DNA from: an uncultured delta proteobacterium | Lineage (GTDB): Bacteria > Desulfobacterota > Binatia > UBA9968 | DNA length: 64,000 nt | Direction: 5' to 3' | Assembly (NCBI GenBank): GCA_963728565.1 | Contig: CAVSLC010000003.1 | Location: 32,001 to 96,000, forward strand | Part shown: positions 1 to 9,547 of the stretch, piece by piece | How positions within the stretch are numbered: the first letter of the stretch is position 1 | How the letters are laid out: each line of letters begins with the position of its first letter | The notes under the pieces: model-generated | What the model was told of the DNA's origin: nothing | The model's database searches: none | The model's input: only the letters and a program-made list of their open reading frames with translations | Program-made: the position numbers and the translations under genes

Positions 1-1
1 C

Positions 2-145
2 ACTCCGGTGCCGCACCGCGGCAAACGCAATGAGCCGGCGTACGTGAGGTTAGTCGCCGAGGCCATGGCCAAAATAAAAGGCGTTTCGCTGGAAGAGATC
101 GCGCAAATCACGACGTGTAACGCCGGGAACCTATTCAAAATTTAG
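2..145 (+). CDS. tatD: TatD-family hydrolase, C-terminal fragment (5'-truncated by window)
   Basis: Frame 2 reads [27 protein letters not shown]...[11 protein letters not shown]; PHRGKRNEP is the typical TatD C-terminal motif. Confidence 0.85.
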   Translation, partial: TPVPHRGKRNEPAYVRLVAEAMAKIKGVSLEEIAQITTCNAGNLFKI

Positions 146-226
146 CGCAAGCGCGGCATTTTAATGTTGTGCTTCCGTGATTGCTGTGTAGAGATTAGAT
201 AACAGTGCAAGCGAGGAGGACGAGGT

Positions 227-703
227 ATGAAAGGGAACCCTGACGTCATCAAAGTCTTGAACGAGGTATTGCGCAAGGAACTCACCGGCATCAATCAGTA
301 TTTCATCCACGCGAAAATGTGCAAGAACTGGGGCTATGCCGTGCTCGGCGAACACGCCTGGTCTGAGTCTATCGACGAGATGAAACACGCGGATCAAATA
401 GTGGAACGGATTCTTTTTCTCGAAGGCACGCCGAACGTTCAAGCTTACGACAAGATTCAGGTGGGATCGAACGTCAAGCAGCAATTAGAGAACGATCTCG
501 GGTTGGAGCAGGCGGCGCTGACGATTCTCAGGCCCGGAGTAAAAACCTGCCTCGATGCTCACGACGACGCCACCCGGGAGTTGCTCGAACATATAGTCGT
601 TGATGAAGAGCACCACATCGACTGGATTGAGACGCAGTTTCATCAGATCAAGGAAGTCGGCTATGAGAACTACCTGGCGCAGCAGATTTTTAAGAAAAGT
701 TAA
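227..703 (+). CDS. bfr: Bacterioferritin
   Basis: 158 aa; ELTGINQYFIHA, ESIDEMKHAD (heme-ligand Met present), DEEHHIDW; GGAGG RBS. Confidence 0.97.
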   Translation: MKGNPDVIKVLNEVLRKELTGINQYFIHAKMCKNWGYAVLGEHAWSESIDEMKHADQIVERILFLEGTPNVQAYDKIQVGSNVKQQLENDLGLEQAALTILRPGVKTCLDAHDDATRELLEHIVVDEEHHIDWIETQFHQIKEVGYENYLAQQIFKKS

Positions 704-789
704 AGCGTCTGGCTTCGAACCGTCAGAGGAATCGGCCGTCACGCCCTGAATAGCGCCAGAGTGATGCGCGCTTTGCTGTTGTTCCGTCC

Positions 790-1560
790 GACGAATGCCG
801 TCTTAGTGGACGCATGATGGCGACAAAATATGGCGCGGGATTGAATTTCTTTTGCCGTGTCGGCCCGGCCCGGCTTTTCGTCAGAGGGGACCGACTTCAA
901 CAGAGCGGTCGGGCCCACGGCATCGGCGCAGTGAATCCCCCTTGATCCGCCGAATAAGCCGCTTTTCCGTCTGTGCGCCGGTGATGACGATCTCGGCCTT
1001 AGGGAGTGGCAAGCCACCGAACAAAATAACAGATGTACCATCGTACGATCTCGCTGGTTTCCGCTCCTCGGCTGTGCCGTAATAAAATAAATGGTTCTGA
1101 AAGGACCGGCCTTTTTCTTGGTCGTCCGCGGTGCCGTGCTGTTCTTTACCGAGCGCAAGTCGCCGCTGCCGCTAACGCTGATTTCCAAATTGTTCTCGTC
1201 CGTTGATCGATGCGGCCTTCAGCCCTCATGATCCAGCCGTATGTGATGCGCGTGAGCTGAGGACGCTGACGCCAAATGATCAGCATAATCCCGGATTCTG
1301 CAGTTGCGATTGACAGAAAGCGCGAGGCACAATCCTTGCGCAGCGAAGGCGATGGGTTTGTGCCTCTGAGCAGACATCGCTCAGCGGTGCTTCGAGCGGT
1401 ATCTTAAGCCTCATAGCAACGTCGTGCGAGAGCGCAAAATCACTTTGAAACTTCACAGTCGGACGCCTTCGCTGCTACAGAATTCCACCTCGCTTCCGGC
1501 ATTTTTGGTTCGACTGCGGAATCCGGGATAATGATGACAAATGAGCTTTAACGCGTGAGT
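790..1560 (-). pseudogene. Decayed DUF4198-like periplasmic protein gene, interrupted by a MITE (approximate ends)
   Basis: Fragments in different minus frames: signal-like ...ASASSAHAHHIRLDHEG, VILFGGLPLPKAEIVIT, SADQGGFTAPMPWA, DEKPG, RHHAST; GAGGAG RBS just after the PepSY gene; multiple stops and shifts. Confidence 0.45.
1290..1527. mobile_element. 238-bp non-autonomous MITE with IS1380-like ends
   Basis: 17-bp terminal inverted repeats CCCGGATTCTGCAGTTG (1290-1306) and CGACTGCGGAATCCGGG (1511-1527), 15/17 match; 5-bp flanking direct repeat ATAAT (1285-1289, 1528-1532); internal 12-bp inverted repeat 1340-1351/1464-1475; no transposase. Confidence 0.75.
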
Positions 1561-1584
1561 TCTCCTCGATGTTTATGTATTCGT

Positions 1585-3387
1585 CTAGATAGAGCCGGCT
1601 TGTCCTTTCTGGAGATGCGCCAATACGCCATCCAGCCATCTTTTGGCGGGCGCTTCGTAATCAACGTCGCAATCGACGCGGGGATAGATTCGAATCGCGC
1701 CGTGGCGTGCCAGTGCCGCATCGAATTCCCGGCCACACCTGCAAAAGTGGTCGAACGTCGTGTTGCCCAATGCCAGGACCGAAAATTTGACGCCCCGGAG
1801 ATCTAATCCATTGCCGTGCACGACAAATTGCCAGAACGGCACGGCATCATCCGGCGGTTCACCGTCGCCGTACGTGCTCACCACCAAAAGCACGTAGTTC
1901 GCCTGCGCCAGCACGTGAGGTTCGCAGTGCGCCATGTCGCGCACCCGTACGGCGTGTCCGGCGCGGCGCAGGGCCGCTGCCATTTTGTGAGCCAGCATTT
2001 CGGCGGTGCCGGTGACGCTGCCGTAAAGCATAAGCAGCGAATCTTCGGGATAGAGTTCTGCGTTCCAATTAGGGAGTGCGTCTTGCGGGTGCTTGTGAGC
2101 ACGGCCGTTGATTGCATTAGAGTTCGTTTGTTCCATCGGGATCTTCGGCACCTCCATTGATGATTGAGTGATTTGTCCTCTAGTTTGTACAACGGGATCG
2201 ATTTCATCTTGCGTAGTAAGGAATTCTGCGGCCTCGCGATTTTCTTGGCGGCTTCTGTAATGGAAGCGTTGCCAGGCCATGGCGAACCCCGTCCAAACCA
2301 GGAAACAGCCGCCAAGCGACGCCAGACCGGCAATGGTCTGGCCGAGAAATCCGAGCGCCTCGCCGGTGTGAAGACCGCGTACCCAAATTCTCAATTTTCG
2401 TCCCAAGCTGGCGGCGGCATAGGGTTCCCATTTGACTATCTCGGCGGTGGCACTATTGAGCGCCAGTTGCGAGCGAGCAAAGATGTGCGGCGCCGTTGGC
2501 TCTTGAATCAGGACCGTGATCTGTCCATCGCCGCGCGGCGGCAGCCGGATCATCATCATGATCCATCCGGGCGCCTGTTCTTCGGCGCGCGCCAGGAAAG
2601 TCATCAAAGCTCGCCAGCGGTTTGGGTCGACTCGGTGCTTGGCCGCGCCGCGTTGCTGCGCCTGCGCCGTCGGACCGGGCGCTTGCGCTCTGGGCGGCGG
2701 CTCGCTGCCGGTCAACGTGTAAAGAAGATCGTTGGCCCACGAATACGACATCACCGCCGCGGTGAGCGTTAGCACGACCAGCACGCCTGAAGACCAGAAG
2801 CCGATGACGTTGTGCCAGTTCCAATCCCGCGCTTTGCCGCGCAGGCGAGGATTGAAAAAGAGGCTGGATTTCAATCCTCGCCAGTGCCAACTGTGCGGCC
2901 ACCAGAGATAAACTCCGGTAATGGCAAGCCAAAAGAAAGCAAGATTGCAGGCCCCGGTGATCGCACGCGCCGTCGCTCGCCCGCCGCCTTCCCTCCCGAG
3001 CCAGCGGTGCCAATCGATCACGTCGTGAAACCAGTCGTGTAGCTTCGAGCCCCTGCCCAGCACCGCGCCGTTATAAGGATTGACGTAGACGGTGTTCGCG
3101 CGACCGAATCCGACAGCGACCGAAGCGGTGGCTTGATTTCGCAGAACCAGGCCTGTCGGCCGAGCGTCCGGATTTTGCGCGCGCGCTTTAGCGACTATCT
3201 CGTCCAAGGTTAACCGAGCAGCGCCGACGGCGGGCACGACATCGCGCACGTCGCGCTCGGCGTACTCGACAAGCTGATGCTCGTACATGAGAATGACGCC
3301 GGTGGCCGACATGAGAAAAATCACCGCTCCGGCAAAAATGCCGGCGATCAGATGAGACCAAAAAATTATTTTGTGCAGCAGCTTCAT
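1585..3387 (-). CDS. PepSY-associated TM domain protein fused to a C-terminal CysJ-type flavodoxin domain (PiuB-like)
   Basis: N-terminal WSHLIAG, DWHRWL, NWHNVIG, GLHTGE motifs; C-terminal LYGSVTGTAE, VVSTYGDGEPP, LALGNTTFDHFC flavodoxin motifs. Confidence 0.88.
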   Translation of the reverse strand: MKLLHKIIFWSHLIAGIFAGAVIFLMSATGVILMYEHQLVEYAERDVRDVVPAVGAARLTLDEIVAKARAQNPDARPTGLVLRNQATASVAVGFGRANTVYVNPYNGAVLGRGSKLHDWFHDVIDWHRWLGREGGGRATARAITGACNLAFFWLAITGVYLWWPHSWHWRGLKSSLFFNPRLRGKARDWNWHNVIGFWSSGVLVVLTLTAAVMSYSWANDLLYTLTGSEPPPRAQAPGPTAQAQQRGAAKHRVDPNRWRALMTFLARAEEQAPGWIMMMIRLPPRGDGQITVLIQEPTAPHIFARSQLALNSATAEIVKWEPYAAASLGRKLRIWVRGLHTGEALGFLGQTIAGLASLGGCFLVWTGFAMAWQRFHYRSRQENREAAEFLTTQDEIDPVVQTRGQITQSSMEVPKIPMEQTNSNAINGRAHKHPQDALPNWNAELYPEDSLLMLYGSVTGTAEMLAHKMAAALRRAGHAVRVRDMAHCEPHVLAQANYVLLVVSTYGDGEPPDDAVPFWQFVVHGNGLDLRGVKFSVLALGNTTFDHFCRCGREFDAALARHGAIRIYPRVDCDVDYEAPAKRWLDGVLAHLQKGQAGSI

Positions 3388-3408
3388 GCTGGACAATCTC
3401 CTTGCGCG

Positions 3409-3930
3409 TCACTTACTGTTGTCGGCGCTCAAAACGCCAAGCTCGGCGCGCAGCCAGTCGCGTAAGATGTCCTTTTCATAGCGAGGTAGTGCTTCTCTCG
3501 GGTAAACGTTGCGAGTTGGTAATTGATATCGGTCAAGTCGCGCTTGCCTGATCTCACCACCGCCGCGATGCCATCGATGACTTCGAACTCGAGCATGATG
3601 CGCGGCGCATACAGGCCTTTGTTAATGCGCACTTGATCCGCTTGCGGTTCGCGAAACAATTCAAAGTCGCCGGCGAGATCAATCTCAGTGACCCGGATGC
3701 TCAGTTTCGTAGTCGGTGGCAGTTAGCGTCCGCCGTTTCGATCAAAAATTTTTCCAATTCGCGCAGGACGCCCGCACAAATGGGCGCCAATTCGACGCGC
3801 CGCGAGTCCGTGAATTTCTCCGGCTCGACGAAGCTGACGGAAACGCGAGAGACCGCTTCATCGGGAGGCGCAGAGGCCGCGCAGCCGGACAGACGCAGAA
3901 AAGTAATCGCCGATTTTTTTTGTATCACGT
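3409..3930 (-). pseudogene. DUF3016-family protein, frameshifted (pseudogene or sequence error)
   Basis: VSVSFVEPEKFTD, then shifted LSIRVTEIDLAGDFE...VRINKGLYAPRIMLEF...DLTDINY, then shifted RYEKDILRDWLRAEL; LSGC lipobox-like N-terminus. Confidence 0.7.
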
Positions 3931-4610
3931 CACACCTCCGCAAAACGGCGCAGCAGGTTGTGGTAGCAGTTGGTCAACTCAACGACGGCGCCGTGATTGG
4001 GCATTGCTTGATTGACCTTGTTGATCGCCAAGTCGAGATCAAAAAGCAGCGTTCTGTTGCCGTCGTCGCGCACCATGCTCTGCACCCAGAAAAACGATGC
4101 CAGACGCACGCCGCGTGTCACCGGCTTGACGTGGTGCAGGCTGCTCGCCGGGTAGACCACCATGTCTCCGGCGGGGAGTTTGACTGCATGCTCGCCGTAG
4201 ATGTCGTCAATCACCAGTTCGCCGCCTTCGTAGTCTTCCGGCGCGCTCAGAAACAGGGTTGCGGATATATCGGTGCGGACGCGCAGCGGTGTGCCAGGGA
4301 CCTGTCGGATCGAGTTATCGAGATGGGCGCCAAAAGATTCGCCGCCTTCATAGCGGTTGAAGAGCGGTGGAAAGACGCGGAGCGGCAGTGTCGCCGTGAT
4401 GAAAAGCGGATTCCGCTCCAAAGCGGCGACGATGAGATCCCCGAGCTCCCGCGCCTCGGGACTGTTCTCCGCCAGTTGCCGGTTGTGCTTCACCTGCGCC
4501 GACTGATGCCCCGCCGTCACCCGGCCGTCGATCCAGCTCGCGCGCTTCATGATTTCGCGGCAGCGCGCGAGTTGTTCCGAATTGAGGACGTGGGGAACGT
4601 GGACAATCAT
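3930..4610 (-). CDS. piuC: PKHD-type Fe(II)/2-oxoglutarate dioxygenase PiuC/YbiX
   Basis: 226 aa; [44 protein letters not shown]. Confidence 0.95.
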   Translation of the reverse strand: MIVHVPHVLNSEQLARCREIMKRASWIDGRVTAGHQSAQVKHNRQLAENSPEARELGDLIVAALERNPLFITATLPLRVFPPLFNRYEGGESFGAHLDNSIRQVPGTPLRVRTDISATLFLSAPEDYEGGELVIDDIYGEHAVKLPAGDMVVYPASSLHHVKPVTRGVRLASFFWVQSMVRDDGNRTLLFDLDLAINKVNQAMPNHGAVVELTNCYHNLLRRFAEV

Positions 4611-4619
4611 CGTGAATCC

Positions 4620-6798
4620 CTAGAATTTGAAGCTCGTGCCTAAAATGAAAGTTCGCCCGTTGCCGGGTACCACGTGTCCCCCGGAGATGTTCGAGTAATA
4701 CAGATCATCGGTCAGATTGATCCCGTTGAGACGCAATTGAACATTCTTCGTAAGTTGGTAAGCGATCGTCGCGTCCCAGAGCACGTGCCCCTCGATCCGG
4801 GCATCGTTCGCGGCGTTGTTGTAGCGCGAGCTGACATACGTAGGGCCGCCGCCGATCTGCCACTTTTCGAGAAAATCGTAGGTGGCCCACAACGTCGAGC
4901 TGTGCTCCGGTACGTTCAACAGCTTGTTGCCTTCGACGTTAGGATCGGGCGAATCGACAAATTCCGAATCCAGATAGGTGTACCCGCCGAAGATGTTCAG
5001 ATTCCGGCAGTAGGCGGCCGGCGATGCCGATTTCGAATCCTTGTACCCGCTGCTTGCCTTCCAGAACCAACTGTCCGGTCAGGCTGTCCGGATCATCTAC
5101 ACGGGCGTCGGTCTTGTTGATTCGAAAAATAGCGCCCTGCAGGCTCAAAGCGCCGTTGAAAAACTGGAGCTTGCTCCCCAGCTCGAAGGTTTCGTTCTTC
5201 TCCGGCCGAGTTCGCTCATTATTCGCACTCAGTTGGATCGCTTCGGCGGATGGATTGAATGCTGTCGCGTAGGAAAAGTAGTAACTCTGGAGTGGCGTCG
5301 GATGGAAAATCAAACCGCCACGATAACTCCACATCTTATCGATCCGATTGAAATCGGTCCGGGTCGGCACGTTCATGGCGTTGATCGCCGTATCGTCAAA
5401 CTCGGTGTCGAAATAATCCCAGCGAACGCCGCCGACGACATCGAAATATTCATTGAGCTTTATTTGATCCGCGCTGAATATGCCGAACCCGAAGGCGTTG
5501 CCGTCGGAACGAGCCGAAACACGCTGGCTAATTCCGGCGGTGCTGTCGTGCGGGTTGGGGTTAGTAGCGTTTGCTTGGGGGACCCCGGTAAAAGCGTAGT
5601 TGGTTCGATCCAACGTCTCTCGGGAAAACTCGACCCCGGTAACCAACGTATGTTGCAAGCCGACAGTATCAAACTTTGTGGTGAGATCCGTTTGATTGCT
5701 GAGAATCGTCTCAGTCAAATCTCGTTTAGGCCGATTTCTGTTGAAAAACCCAAGAGTGGCGGCATTGAAGCGGGGCGCCGTCACTTCGTGCTCCCGGTCG
5801 TTGTGGCTAAATCGCAAAGTGTTCCGTAGGCTGAAGATATCGCTAAAGCGATGATCCAACCGCACCGTTCCGAGATTGAGCAGCGTGCGCTCGTAATCCT
5901 CGTGGTCGAAGCCGTAAAAATTGTCCCGGTCTACACGAGCCGGTCTTCCGGGGTTTCCGGGTTGGTAAGGTACGCCATAGTCCGGGATATTGTCCTCGCC
6001 TTGAACAAGGTAGCTCAAGTTCAACTGGGTGGGAGTGCCGAGGCCGAAAGAAATTGAAGGAGCAAAACCGAACCGTTCCTGTTCGGCGATGTCCCTGCCA
6101 ACGATATCGTCTTTGTGTGCCATCAGATTGACGCGCAAAGCGATCGTCGGGGTGATCGGCTGGTTGATGTCGGCCGTGCCGCGGAGATACATGCCGTTGC
6201 CTAGACTGAAATTTCCGCCGTAGCTCGGCGTGAGCTGCGGAACTTTGCTGCCTTGATTGATGGCGCCGCCGGTCGAGCCGCGGCCAAAATACTGCGAAGA
6301 AGGACCTTTCAGAACCTCAATCGATTCGATATTGAAGATGTCGCGAAAATACGACCCCTGGTCGCGCACGCCGTCGAGAAAAAGATCGTTGCGAGCGTTG
6401 TAGCCTCGCAAGGTTAAGTTGTTGCCCTGCACGCCACCTTCCCCAGCCTGAAAACTGATACCGGGAACACTTCTCAACGCGTCCTGAAAACTGGAAGCAG
6501 CGCGCTCCTGCATCAATCGCTGCGGCACCACAGTGATCGATTGCGCCACGTCTTGCAGCGGCACGGGAATGCGCGATAGCGAAGATTCGGGCGGTGCATA
6601 CGGGTTATTTTGGTCTTGCACGACGACCGGCGGCAGGTTGAAAGTCTCCTCCTGCTTTGGCTCCGCAGCGAAAGCGTTGCTCGCCAGCGCGAAGCTAAAC
6701 GCGACGGCGCGGCCCACGCCCTCACCGGCGGCCAGGCTGATCTTGCGGAGTGTTTTCCGCAGTCGTCTATCATCGGCGTGGTTTTCTTGTCGACTCAT
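4620..6798 (-). CDS. TonB-dependent siderophore receptor (Fiu/PiuA type), one frameshift near 5004
   Basis: TonB-box-like LPPVVVQD, plug motifs (LRGY...DGVRD, IEVLKGPSS...GRGSTGG), C-terminal Phe; ORFs 4939-6798 and 4620-4919 join if one extra base is removed at ~5004. Confidence 0.92.
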
Positions 6799-6821
6799 GA
6801 TTCCTCCAGCTTGTTTCTTTC

Positions 6822-6862
6822 GCTGGCTGGCGTGAGTCGTCTCATCTGCTGGCTGGCTGGTT
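6822..6862 (-). promoter_or_regulatory. Tandem CCAG repeats flanking a small hairpin in the hemP-receptor spacer (candidate HemP/HmuP-responsive element)
   Basis: Minus strand AACCAGCCAGCCAGCAGA-TGAG-ACGA-CTCA-CGCCAGCCAGC. Confidence 0.45.
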
Positions 6863-6868
6863 GATGTT

Positions 6869-7060
6869 TCACTTGGTCAAAATCAGCTTGCCGTTCTTGG
6901 TGATGCGCAAGCTGTACTCTTCGTCGTGGTGCACGATAACGATTTCGCTGTTTCCCTGAAAAAGCCGCTGGCTCTCGATCCGCAGTTTTCTTGCTGCCGC
7001 AGTCAACGCCGCCGCACCGGCAGGTGGGTGCGAAGCGAGATTCATTCGTCTCTGTGCCAT
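6869..7060 (-). CDS. hemP: Hemin uptake protein HemP/HmuP
   Basis: IESQRLFQGNSEIVIVHHDEEYSLRITKNGKLILTK signature. Confidence 0.93.
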   Translation of the reverse strand: MAQRRMNLASHPPAGAAALTAAARKLRIESQRLFQGNSEIVIVHHDEEYSLRITKNGKLILTK

Positions 7061-7067
7061 CGAATTC

Positions 7068-7913
7068 CTAGTGTAGTTCAAATTTTACCGGCAGCATGAC
7101 CCAGACGGATACCGGGTCCTTGCCCCGGCGCGCGGGTTCGAAGAGCCATTTTTTGACCGCTTCCATTGCGGCCAAATCGAGGTCATGGAATCCGGCCGAC
7201 TGCTGGACGAGCACCTCGCCCACCCGGCCGTTTTCCAATACCCGCACGCGCAGCGTTGTAATGCCTTGCACCCCCGCGCGGCGGGCCGATTCGGGATATC
7301 TCGGCTTGACTTGATAGCCGCCCAGCGGCCGGGCGAGACCCGAAAGTGCTTCTCCCGACTCGGTTCCGCCGCCGCCGGTGCCATCGCCTTTGGCTGCGCG
7401 ACCGAGGCCAGAGTTGCCTTTGCCACCACTGCCACCTTCGACACCGGTTCCGCCGACTACATCGACATCGCCATTACCAAAAAGCGCACCGGCGCCGCCG
7501 GGGTTGCCTTCCGCCTCGTTCGCAGGGCTGCCGGAGCTCCAACCAGCCAGCGGAGCGCCCGGCTTCTCCGGCAAAGCGGCGAGCGGGGGCGGCGGCTCGA
7601 CGATCGGCTCAGGCTCTCGAACCTCTTCTTCCGTGTTGCCGATCGGCGGCTGCGGCTGGGGTGTTTGTATGACTTCCGGCTGCGAGACCAATTTCGGCGC
7701 GGTAATTTTGGCCGGCTTGGGTTTGGGTTTCGGCGCCGGCGGCGACACCTCTACTTTCTTGGGCGCTTCTGCGGGCGCGATCTCGATTATTTCCACCGGC
7801 ACCATGATCGGCTTGAGCGGCTTGGCATGCATCACTAAGCCTGCCAGCGGGATCAGCGCCAGATGAATGATTGAGGAAGCGGTGAATGATGAAAGTAAGC
7901 GCCGATCAGTCAC
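7068..7913 (-). CDS. tonB: Energy transducer TonB
   Basis: N-terminal TM with SxxxH, Pro/Lys-rich and Gly-rich linker, C-terminal PRYPESARRAGVQG domain. Confidence 0.93.
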   Translation of the reverse strand: MTDRRLLSSFTASSIIHLALIPLAGLVMHAKPLKPIMVPVEIIEIAPAEAPKKVEVSPPAPKPKPKPAKITAPKLVSQPEVIQTPQPQPPIGNTEEEVREPEPIVEPPPPLAALPEKPGAPLAGWSSGSPANEAEGNPGGAGALFGNGDVDVVGGTGVEGGSGGKGNSGLGRAAKGDGTGGGGTESGEALSGLARPLGGYQVKPRYPESARRAGVQGITTLRVRVLENGRVGEVLVQQSAGFHDLDLAAMEAVKKWLFEPARRGKDPVSVWVMLPVKFELH

Positions 7914-8323
7914 CTTCCGGACTCCTTGGGCTTCACTGCAATGGCCATTCTGGACACATTGGCACCCCGCGCGATGTCCATGACTTCCACTACACGGCCA
8001 TGCTCTACGCCGTCGTCGGCGTTGATGACGACCAGCAGATCCGCGTTCTGTTCGAGCTGTTGACGCAGCAAATCGCCGAGCGCGGCTCGGTCAACCTCCT
8101 CTTTGTTAAGAAAAATTCGCCTCTCCTTGTCGATCGTGATGGCAGCGCTCTCGGCCGGGGCTTGCTGGCCTGACGCGGCCTTGGGCAAATTGACCGGCAT
8201 GCCGCGGTACTGGGCCATTGATAAGGTCGAGATCATGAAGAAGACCAGAAGAAAAAATATCGTGTCGATCATCGGGATGATCTCGATGCGCGCCTTCTTG
8301 AGAGTGCGTCTTTGAATGCGCAT
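7910..8323 (-). CDS. exbD: Biopolymer transporter ExbD
   Basis: IEIIPMIDTIFFLLVFFM, VNLPKA, VVEVMD. Confidence 0.95.
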   Translation of the reverse strand: MRIQRRTLKKARIEIIPMIDTIFFLLVFFMISTLSMAQYRGMPVNLPKAASGQQAPAESAAITIDKERRIFLNKEEVDRAALGDLLRQQLEQNADLLVVINADDGVEHGRVVEVMDIARGANVSRMAIAVKPKESGR

Positions 8324-8931
8324 CAGTGTTTCCCCGATTGTTCGTGCAGCAGCAACTCGAGCGATGAGCTGAAGTGCTCCATAGCGTCCATCTCTTTTTC
8401 GACACGTGTACTGAAGTAGTTGTAAGGAACCAGCGTTAAGATCGCGATCAGCAGCCCGCTGGCGGTGGCGATCAGCGCTTCGGCGACGCCGCCGGTAACG
8501 GCGTGGGGCTGACCCATGCCGGCCTCGGACATGATGTCGAATGATCCAATCATGCCGACAACCGTTCCGAGAAGCCCGAGCAGGGGCGCCAGGGTGACGA
8601 TGGTATCGAGGGTGCCAAGCCGGCTTTTGAGCAGGGGGATTTGCGCCTGGGCTGCAGCCTCCATCGCTTTGGCCGGCGCGGGATTGCGGTGTGCCAAACC
8701 GGCCGCGAGCACCCGCGCGATCGGGTGCGCCGATGCTTTGGCGAGCTTAATGGCTTCATCGAATTCGCCCGCTTCGGCTAGGCCGAGCATGTCCTGAACG
8801 GTCCGTTGAGACTTGATTCTGGTCCAGAAAAAAAATCGCTCGATCGTGAGCGCAAGAGAGATGAGCGAGCAAGCGAGCAGCGGGATCATCACAATCCCGC
8901 CCTTGATAATGACGGTGACGATTTCGGACAT
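8323..8931 (-). CDS. exbB: MotA/TolQ/ExbB proton channel
   Basis: APLLGLLGTVVGMI, GVAEALIATASGL. Confidence 0.95.
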   Translation of the reverse strand: MSEIVTVIIKGGIVMIPLLACSLISLALTIERFFFWTRIKSQRTVQDMLGLAEAGEFDEAIKLAKASAHPIARVLAAGLAHRNPAPAKAMEAAAQAQIPLLKSRLGTLDTIVTLAPLLGLLGTVVGMIGSFDIMSEAGMGQPHAVTGGVAEALIATASGLLIAILTLVPYNYFSTRVEKEMDAMEHFSSSLELLLHEQSGKH

Positions 8932-8933
8932 GT

Positions 8934-9149
8934 CTACTGGACCAAACCTTTCTTGAGTTCGAACTGCTTGTGAGACTCGCTGCGGGCGGCGTCATCCCCA
9001 ACCCAGTGCGTGGCCATCATGCCTCAAGCGCGCAGATCGGCGCGCGAGATAATCAGGACGGCGTTGTCGTACCTAAAATGAGCCGTGTCGTGGCTGTAGC
9101 TGCATAATGAAAGCGACCATCTTCTTTCGCGTGATTTGATTCCTTGCAC
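8934..9149 (-). CDS. Small leader ORF (41 aa, or 71 aa if the internal TGA at 9024-9026 is an error or read through)
   Basis: GGAGG-tcac-GTG start; MQGIKSRERRWSLSLCSYSHDTAHFRYDNAVLIISRADLRA*GMMATH...KKGLVQ*; second stop lies 2 nt before the exbB ATG. Confidence 0.45.
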
Positions 9150-9242
9150 GTGACCTCCGGCAAAAAGTTAAAACCCGGAGCGTTGGCACCGACGTGGCGC
9201 AATTCCGGGCTCCGGATTCGAAGATCCGGGCTGGCGATTATC

Positions 9243-9284
9243 TTCGTCTATACGAATCAAAATTATTTGTCAATACGAATAATT
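9243..9284 (-). promoter_or_regulatory. Promoter of the exbB operon with tandem TTCG-N6-CGAA-type operators
   Basis: TTCGtctataCGAA (9243-9256) and AATTATTTGtcaataCGAATAATT (9261-9284); TTGACA on the minus strand lies inside the second site. Confidence 0.7.
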
Positions 9285-9547
9285 ATTTTACGTGATGACG
9301 CATTAACGTCGGACAATCTGTACAAACTCCCGCCTATTCATGTGCTTAGCGGAATACGCCATCGACGAAGAACAATCTTCGACAACCTCCGCACGAGCGC
9401 AATGACGCTTATTCGCTTGCATGGCGCCATTTCACCTCGATGCCGTCCGGCAGCGGCGCGCGAGCAAGCTGGCGCAATGGCAGCGCACCGCATTCCTTCG
9501 TTAGCGGCCGGTGCGGCCGGCTCACGCTCGTGAGATTGACTAGCCAT

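Noticed and set aside
739-1188. 149-aa minus-strand ORF as an intact gene
   Set aside because: Protein-like segments switch between frames; better explained as a pseudogene remnant
3633-4643. 336-aa plus-strand ORF and similar long shadows (e.g. 10007-10978, 58212-59258)
   Set aside because: Antisense to well-supported genes; typical GC-rich shadow ORFs
9024-9026. Selenocysteine at the TGA of the small leader ORF
   Set aside because: No convincing hairpin at the right distance and no U-x-x-C context, unlike 28057
9255-9290. Fur box at the exbB promoter
   Set aside because: AT-rich but a poor match to GATAATGATAATCATTATC; the feature shared with the fbpA promoter is TTCG-N6-CGAA
9338-9547. 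69-aa ORF starting immediately after the FTR1 stop
   Set aside because: No RBS or recognisable motif and low-information composition; cannot be supported
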